Notes under the pieces: model-generated | What the model was told of the DNA's origin: nothing | The model's input: only the letters and a program-made list of their open reading frames with translations | Databases searched by the model: none | Program-made: the position numbers and the translations under genes | Source of the DNA: Candidatus Palauibacter ramosifaciens | Lineage (GTDB): Bacteria > Gemmatimonadota > Gemmatimonadetes > Palauibacterales > Palauibacteraceae | NCBI GenBank assembly: GCA_009845855.1 | Contig: VXYT01000040.1 | Span: 24,367-88,366 of the forward strand | Reading direction: 5' to 3' | Length of the DNA: 64,000 bases | Shown: one piece after another, positions 58,222-64,000 of the stretch | Layout of the letters: each line of letters opens with the position of its first letter | Position numbering within the stretch: position 1 is the first letter of the stretch

Positions 58222-58924
58222 GTCGACGAGGAAGTGCGCGATCTTCGGGCTGGTGGCCGCGGCCGCCTCGCTTGCGGCGTTCGCCGGGGGTGAGCCGCAG
58301 GACCCCTCGGAGGAGGCGGCCGGTCAGGCCGGGGCCGCCGACCGGCAGGCGTCCGAATCCGAGACCGTCGCGCGCTACCGGGAACGAGCCGCTTCCTCCG
58401 ATCGGCCGATCGACCATTACAACTACGGGACCGCTCTGCTCCATGACGGGCAGGTGGGCGAGGCGCAGCCCCCCCTGGAACTTTCCATCGGCAGCGAGCG
58501 GGGCGAGGTGCGTGAGAGCGCCTTCTACAACCTCGGACTCAGCACGGCCCTCGACGGCCGCTTCGCTCAGAGCGACCCTTCCGCGCGGCGGGCTGCCCTC
58601 CAGTCGGCGCGCGAAGCCTTTCGCGAAGTCCTCCGCCGCCGCGTGGACGATGAGGATGCGCGCTGGAACCTCGAACTCGTCGAGCGCTGGCTCGAGGAGG
58701 AAGGGGAGAGCGGCGGTGACGAACAGCAGGGCGGGCAAGGACAGTCTCCGCAGGGGGCCGGCGCCGGGGCCGCGGCGGCCGCCGGCTCCGGCGAGATGGA
58801 GATGCTGTCGCCCGAACAGGCGGCGGCGCTTCTCGAACAGGCGGGCGACGCGGAGGCGGCGATCCGCGACCGCGTCATGGGCCGCAACCGTTTCCAGGAT
58901 CCGGTCGTGGAGCGGAACTGGTGA
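58214..58924 (+). CDS. TPR repeat protein (BatC-like)
   Basis: TPR-like helices (YNYGTALLHDGQ..., FYNLGLSTAL...). Confidence 0.65.
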   Translation: MVESTRKCAIFGLVAAAASLAAFAGGEPQDPSEEAAGQAGAADRQASESETVARYRERAASSDRPIDHYNYGTALLHDGQVGEAQPPLELSIGSERGEVRESAFYNLGLSTALDGRFAQSDPSARRAALQSAREAFREVLRRRVDDEDARWNLELVERWLEEEGESGGDEQQGGQGQSPQGAGAGAAAAAGSGEMEMLSPEQAAALLEQAGDAEAAIRDRVMGRNRFQDPVVERNW

Positions 58925-59982
58925 ACTCGCCTTCCGCCGAAGCGGCCCGCCTGACCCAGTACTCGCACGGGGCCGGCTGAGCGTGCAAGCTCGGCCCGGA
59001 GGATCTGGGCCGCATCCTGCAGCATGTTCCGCACTTTCCGGACGACCGGCTCCTCGTGGGACTCGAGGGCCCGGACGACGCCGCCGTGTATTTGCTCGAC
59101 GAGGGAGAGGCCATCGTCGCGAGCCTCGACTTCTTCACGCCGCTCGTCGACGATCCGGCCGACTTCGGAGCCATCGCGGCCGCGAACGCGCTCGGAGATC
59201 TGTACGCGATGCGGGCCCGCCCCCTGTTCGCGCTCAATATCCTGGCGATTCCCGCGGGGACCCTCTCGGATGAGACGGTCGGCGCGATCCTCCGCGGCGC
59301 GGGGGAAGTGTGTCGCGAGGCCGGCATCGCCGTGGCCGGGGGACACTCGATCGACGACGCGGAGCCGAAGTTCGGACTGGTGGCCATCGGGCTCGGCGAT
59401 CCCGACCGCCTGTGGAGAAAGGGCGGAGCGCGGCCGGGAGATGCGCTCGTGCTGGGCAAGGCGCTCGGAACAGGTGTCATCACGACCGGGCTCAAGCGCG
59501 GCGTGGCGGACCCGGCCGACCTCCTCGTCGCCGTCGATTCCATGCGGCAGCTCAACCGCGAGGCGGCGGCCGTCCTTGCCGGCTTCGACGTTCATGCCGC
59601 AACCGACGTCACGGGCTTCGGACTCCTGGGGCACCTGCTCGAGATGTGCCGCGCGTCGGACGCGAGCGCCCGGCTCCGGGCTTCGGCGCCCAGGCTTCTC
59701 CCCGGAGCGCTGCGCCTCGCCGGCGAGGGGTGCGTGCCGGGCGGCACGACGCGGAACCGGGACGCCTACGCGTCGCACGTGCAGTGGGCTGACGCCGTCC
59801 CCGACGACCTGCGCAACCTGATCCTGGACCCGCAGACTTCCGGCGGACTGTTGGCGGCCGTCCCTGCGGACGAGGCGTCGGCGGCCTCGTCCGCGCTCGC
59901 CGCGGCGGGCTATGCGGCCGCCGTGATCGGAGAGGTCATCGAGCGTGACGATCCGGCGGTCGGGATCGAGGTGTCGCCCTGA
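58921..59982 (+). CDS. selD: selenide, water dikinase (selenophosphate synthetase), itself a selenoprotein: in-frame TGA 58978-58980 read as Sec
   Basis: GTG start overlapping the BatC stop (GTGA). N-terminus MNSPSAEAARLTQYSHGAGUACKLGPEDL aligns with the SelD LTQYSHGAGCGCK motif, with TGA at the catalytic Cys/Sec position. The downstream 308 aa form a canonical AIR-synthase-like SelD body. Confidence 0.85.
58992..59012 (+). promoter_or_regulatory. candidate bacterial SECIS hairpin for selD
   Basis: CGGCCC/GGGCCG 6-bp stem with 9-nt loop GGAGGAUCU, starting 12 nt after the UGA. Confidence 0.45.
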
Positions 59983-60057
59983 TCGCGCGGCAGTCCCGCG
60001 GTCGTCTCCGGGGCGTTGGTGCCGAGCGCCGCCGCGCGTACGTTTCACGCTCCGTCC

Positions 60058-60131
60058 GGGCCCGTAGCTCAGCTGGTTAGAGCAGGGGACTCATAATCCC
60101 AAGGTCGCAGGTTCGAATCCTGCCGGGCCCA
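60058..60131 (+). tRNA. tRNA with anticodon CAU; acceptor-stem C4-G69/C5-G68 favours tRNA-Ile2 (lysidine) over elongator tRNA-Met
   Basis: cloverleaf: acceptor GGGCCCG/CGGGCCC, D-arm GCTC-AGCTGGTTA-GAGC, anticodon loop CUCAUAA, T-arm GCAGG-TTCGAAT-CCTGC; no encoded CCA. Confidence 0.85.
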
Positions 60132-60189
60132 TCCTCAGGATCCCCGAGTCCCGACGCCTGTATCCACCATCGAGAGCAAGGAGTCGTCC

Positions 60190-63100
60190 ATGCGGCCATG
60201 CCGGGTTCCGGTCTCCCGACGCGGGTCCCCCTTCCTGTTCGCCGTGCTCGCGCTGTGTTGCGCCGCGGCCTCGGACGCGGCCGCGCAGGCTCAGGCGACG
60301 ACCGGCGTCATCCGCGGGGTCGTCCGCGATCCGGTGGGGGCGCCGGTGGCCGAGGCCGCCGTCGTCATCGAGCATCGCGCGACCGGCTTCGCGACGACGG
60401 TCGTGACGGGCTCCAACGGGGCGTTCGTGCGCACGCTCCTGCCGCTGGGCGTCTATGACGTCACGGCCCGGGCGCTGGGGCAGTTCGGCGACGAGCGCAC
60501 CGAAGGGCTCGTCCTCCGCGTGGGAGAGGTCCTCGATCTCGTACTCGAGTTCAAGCCCGTCGCGGTGTCCGAGATCACCGTGACGGCCGACCGGACGCCG
60601 CTCGTCGACACCGGGGACCCGTCGAGTTCGCATCGGCTCGCCGAAGAGGTCGTCGACAACCTGCCCAACGACGGCCGCAACTTCCTCGACTACACGCTCC
60701 TCACGCCGGGCGTGTCCGTGTCGCAGGGTCCGGACGGCGAGGTCCTCAACATCGGGGGACAGCGGGGGATCTTCAACAACGTCTCCGTGGACGGAGCCGA
60801 CTTCAACAACCCCTTCTTCGGCGAGCAGCGCGGCGGCCAGCGTCCCGCCTTCACCTTCAGCCAGGACGCCATCGAAGAGATCGTCGTCGTGAGCCAGGGG
60901 GCGTCGGCGGAGTTCGGGCGCTCCGCGGGAGGCTTCGTGAACATCATCACGAAGTCGGGCACGAACGAGTTCACGGGCTCTGCGCACTACTTCGGCCAGT
61001 GGGATGCGATCTCCACCCCGTACCCAAGCGAGCGCGGGGGCGGAAAGCCCGAGTTCGGGCGGGGCCAGTTCGGCTTCACGCTCGGCGGCCCGATCGTGCG
61101 CGACAGGGCGTTTTTCTTCGTGGCCTACGACCAGCAGCAAGCGAGCGAGACGAAGCAGTTCACGCGCAACGTCGCGAACCGATCCGAACTCGAGAAGCTC
61201 GAGAACTTCCTCCAGACGCAGTGGCCCGGCCGGTTCGATGCCGAGTTCGGCCCGATCCGCCGCACCGACGACAACCGGGCGCTCGTGGCGAAGCTCGATT
61301 TCAACCTCAGCGACCGTCACCAGGCGTCTCTCAAGTACAACTACACCTGGTCCCAGCAGGTGAACGGTACATTCGACGTGGACTCCTGGGGTCTCAGCGC
61401 CAACGGTCTCGAGGAGGATTTCTCCCACGCGATCAACGCGAGCCTGAGGTCGCAGCTTTCCAACACCGTCTCCAACGAGTTTCGCGTCCAGTACGCGCGA
61501 GAGGATCGGCCCCGGGGATACGATGGACCCCTTATTCCGGGCTCCGCCCCGCCTCCGCAGCCGGCCTTCGGCACGGTCGGCGGCCGCCCGTTCCCGGACA
61601 TCGCGATGGACTTTGCGGACGGGTTCCGCATCGGGATGCCCTTCTTCCTCCCCATCGACCCGGCCTACGACCACCGGATCCAGCTCGTCGACAACCTCTC
61701 CTTCCTGGCGGGGGATCACCTGCTCAAGGTGGGCGTCGAATACAATCGGACGGGGGTCGGCCAGCAGTTCATCGGCTTCGCCAACGGCCTCTACAAGTTC
61801 TCCTCCGTCGACGGATTCATGAACTTCGTCACCCAGGGGAACCGATACGTCACCTGTTCCGACGGTTCCGACGGCGCGGAGGGCGTCTGTCCTCCGGGAA
61901 CCGCGATCACCGGCCCGGTCCTCCTCTACCTGCAGGCCCTCACGCTGGGAGATACTCCCGCCGGGCAGCTCGGACTGCAGGACTTCTCGATGCACGAACT
62001 CGGGCTTTTCGTTCAGGACACCTGGCGCCCGCGCGACAACCTGACTCTGAACCTCGGCGTGCGCTGGGAAGGGTCGTGGCACCCGGGGATGTTCATCGAG
62101 CCCGAGGACACCTTCTACGGGCCATGGATCGGGACGGCGGGGTTTCCGTCGGATGGGACGATTCCGGACGACCTCGACAACTTCCAGCCGCGCTTCGGCC
62201 TGGCCTGGGATCCCCGGGACGACGGGCGCACGCTCGTCCGCGTGAACGCGGGGTCCTACTTCTCGCGCATCCCGATGCTGGTGTTCGCGCAGCACCGCAC
62301 GACGAACGGGGCATTCCAGGGAACGCAGTTCGCGGCCAGCGACGCCACCTTCCTTCCGCCGCCTCCGCAGATCGGAGGATTCCTGACGCCGCCACCGCCG
62401 GGCACGCCGCCCTTCCAGCCCGGCGTGAACATCGCGGACCGCAACCTCGAACTGCCGCGGACGTGGTCGTTCAACGTTGCCGCAGAGCACGCGCTGAGCG
62501 GGAGCACCGCGGTGGAGCTTTCTCTCCAGCACGCCCGCACGGACAACCTGTTCCGCTTCGTGGACCGCAACGCAGCGGAACTCGGGGCGCCCTTCGCGGA
62601 CGGGGCCAGCGGACTGGGCACGCTCACCGTGACCGAGAGCAGCGCGCGCTCCCGCTACAACGCCGTCACCCTCGGATTGCGCGGGGACGGCGCGCTCGAT
62701 GGGAGACTGGCTTTCGAGGCGAACTACACGCTGAGCTTCGATCGGTCGGACGACGATAACGAACGTGATCCGTTCAACTTCTTCTATGCGACCGCAACCG
62801 ATTTCGAGCCCGAGTACAACTGGTCGATCCGGGACCGGCGGCACCAGATGACCGGCTTCATGCTCTTCGATCTCGGGCGCGGCGTCGTCCTCAACCACAT
62901 CTTCCGGTATCTCTCCGCGTCGCCGATGTCGGAGAGTTGCGGCCCGAGCGAGGCGAACCCTCTCGCCGCCCCGGCGGGCCAGCGCGCGGGCGCTCCGGCG
63001 GACCGCGTATGCGCCGATGGCTCGGTCCTCAAGCGCAACACGCTCCGGCGGGAGAACGACTTCTTCACCTGGGACCTGCGACTCTCGAAGGCCTTCGACA

Positions 63101-63270
63101 TCGGAGACGGGCGCACCGTCGAGCCGATCCTGGAGATCTTCAACCTGACGGGCGCCGACAACTTCCTCGACACCGCGCAGACCGGACTCCTGTTCAACTT
63201 CGACGGCACGATCCGGAGCGGCCTCGGAGACACGCGCCGCGCGCAACTCGGCGTCCGCGTCCGCTTCTAG
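60190..63270 (+). CDS. TonB-dependent outer membrane receptor with N-terminal carboxypeptidase-regulatory-like domain
   Basis: AAGGAG RBS; signal peptide; CarbopepD_reg-like start (TTGVIRGVVRDPVGAPVAEAAVV); plug and barrel; C-terminal Phe (…GVRVRF). Confidence 0.85.
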   Translation: MRPCRVPVSRRGSPFLFAVLALCCAAASDAAAQAQATTGVIRGVVRDPVGAPVAEAAVVIEHRATGFATTVVTGSNGAFVRTLLPLGVYDVTARALGQFGDERTEGLVLRVGEVLDLVLEFKPVAVSEITVTADRTPLVDTGDPSSSHRLAEEVVDNLPNDGRNFLDYTLLTPGVSVSQGPDGEVLNIGGQRGIFNNVSVDGADFNNPFFGEQRGGQRPAFTFSQDAIEEIVVVSQGASAEFGRSAGGFVNIITKSGTNEFTGSAHYFGQWDAISTPYPSERGGGKPEFGRGQFGFTLGGPIVRDRAFFFVAYDQQQASETKQFTRNVANRSELEKLENFLQTQWPGRFDAEFGPIRRTDDNRALVAKLDFNLSDRHQASLKYNYTWSQQVNGTFDVDSWGLSANGLEEDFSHAINASLRSQLSNTVSNEFRVQYAREDRPRGYDGPLIPGSAPPPQPAFGTVGGRPFPDIAMDFADGFRIGMPFFLPIDPAYDHRIQLVDNLSFLAGDHLLKVGVEYNRTGVGQQFIGFANGLYKFSSVDGFMNFVTQGNRYVTCSDGSDGAEGVCPPGTAITGPVLLYLQALTLGDTPAGQLGLQDFSMHELGLFVQDTWRPRDNLTLNLGVRWEGSWHPGMFIEPEDTFYGPWIGTAGFPSDGTIPDDLDNFQPRFGLAWDPRDDGRTLVRVNAGSYFSRIPMLVFAQHRTTNGAFQGTQFAASDATFLPPPPQIGGFLTPPPPGTPPFQPGVNIADRNLELPRTWSFNVAAEHALSGSTAVELSLQHARTDNLFRFVDRNAAELGAPFADGASGLGTLTVTESSARSRYNAVTLGLRGDGALDGRLAFEANYTLSFDRSDDDNERDPFNFFYATATDFEPEYNWSIRDRRHQMTGFMLFDLGRGVVLNHIFRYLSASPMSESCGPSEANPLAAPAGQRAGAPADRVCADGSVLKRNTLRRENDFFTWDLRLSKAFDIGDGRTVEPILEIFNLTGADNFLDTAQTGLLFNFDGTIRSGLGDTRRAQLGVRVRF

Positions 63271-63556
63271 CCCGGTATCGCCGACATCGTGGCTGTTCCG
63301 CTACAGCCGCCGATCGACCTCGTCGCACAGGGCGACATCTGCCGATTTGGCGGCCCCGGGCGGGCTTCCGCTCGCCGGAACGACAGCTCCCCCGCCCGCG
63401 CGCTGCAGCCGAGGCAGAAACACTCGGCCTCACAGGCGCGTCCTCCGGGCACGCAGCTTGCACCTCCCGTTCGGTGGTCGCGCCACGGGTGCCGTCCGGC
63501 ACGCCGCTGCGGGACCGAAGGCACAAACCGTTTACCGATTCGACGGAGGATATCCC

Positions 63557-63988
63557 ATGCTGCCGACCATCATTCACCGGACGCCGACCCGGCGCCGTGC
63601 GGACTTCGACTTCGATCGGCTGTTCAACGGCCTGCTGGATCTCGATCGCTCGAGCCGTCCCGTGGTGCCAGCGGATCTGTACGAAACCGAGGACGGTTAC
63701 GGCCTCGAACTCGAGCTTCCGGGATTCGCCGAAGCCGAGATCGAGATCACCGTGGATCGCGGTGTGCTCACGATTTCGGGGGTCCGAGCCGAGGAGGCAG
63801 ATGCGAACGGGCGCGTCTACCACGTGCGCGAGCGGCGGAACGCACAGTTCACGCGCAGCTTCTCGCTTCCCGCCTCGATCCGCGGCGAGGACGTCGCGGC
63901 TCACCTCGACGCGGGCGTGCTCACGGTCGAGCTTCCGAAGTCGCCGGAAGCGAAGCCGCACCGCGTCGCGGTCGGCGGCATGAAATAG
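63557..63988 (+). CDS. Hsp20/alpha-crystallin family small heat shock protein
   Basis: AGGAGGA RBS; alpha-crystallin domain (GVLTISG...LDAGVLTVELPK). Confidence 0.85.
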   Translation: MLPTIIHRTPTRRRADFDFDRLFNGLLDLDRSSRPVVPADLYETEDGYGLELELPGFAEAEIEITVDRGVLTISGVRAEEADANGRVYHVRERRNAQFTRSFSLPASIRGEDVAAHLDAGVLTVELPKSPEAKPHRVAVGGMK

Positions 63989-64000
63989 CCGCCTCCGCGC

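Noticed and set aside
60058-60131. tRNA considered as tRNA-Sec (given selenoprotein genes nearby)
   Set aside because: The anticodon is CAU, the arms are standard length and the variable loop is short, so it is not selC.

Overview
High-GC (about 68-70%) bacterial chromosomal segment, densely coding on both strands. Many gene pairs have overlapping stop/start codons (ATGA/GTGA), and the six-frame track contains many long spurious ORFs caused by the GC content. Gram-negative hallmarks are present: a TonB-dependent receptor with a carboxypeptidase-regulatory-like N-domain, a TolB-like PD40 lipoprotein, and a Bat-like moxR/DUF58/vWA/TPR operon. A Gemmatimonadota- or Acidobacteria-like lineage is a guess and cannot be proven from sequence alone. 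Housekeeping content: korAB (partial at the 5' edge), pgi, fhs, a heme block (hemH, hemY, hemE, plus ctaA nearby), thiolase, gltX, tadA, pyrR-pyrB-pyrC, rpsT, scpA-scpB-rluB, a tRNA with anticodon CAU, and hsp20. Accessory content: an aquaporin, a trans-3-hydroxyproline-dehydratase-type proline racemase homolog, and an oxidoreductase/hydrolase cluster (cupin, SDR, multicopper oxidase, two tandem amidohydrolase paralogs, an iodotyrosine-deiodinase-like nitroreductase). A lower-GC patch carries a frameshifted beta-propeller paralog. The most interesting signals are these. (1) A selenium set: selD with an in-frame TGA at the conserved Cys/Sec position, and a CMD/AhpD-family gene with an in-frame TGA at the CxxC position. 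Each has a hairpin 11-12 nt downstream whose loop shares the motif GAGGAUCU. (2) An ECF sigma factor gene overlapped (ATGA) by a gene encoding a zf-HC2 anti-sigma domain fused to a complete O6-alkylguanine-DNA alkyltransferase (PCHRV active site). This suggests a sigma/anti-sigma pair that senses alkylation damage. (3) Several unrecognised small or unusual proteins: a Cys/His-rich membrane protein, a tandem-duplicated 42-aa-domain protein behind a promoter flanked by direct repeats, and a FecR-domain protein with a W/Y/G-rich segment and an RSGG-repeat tail.
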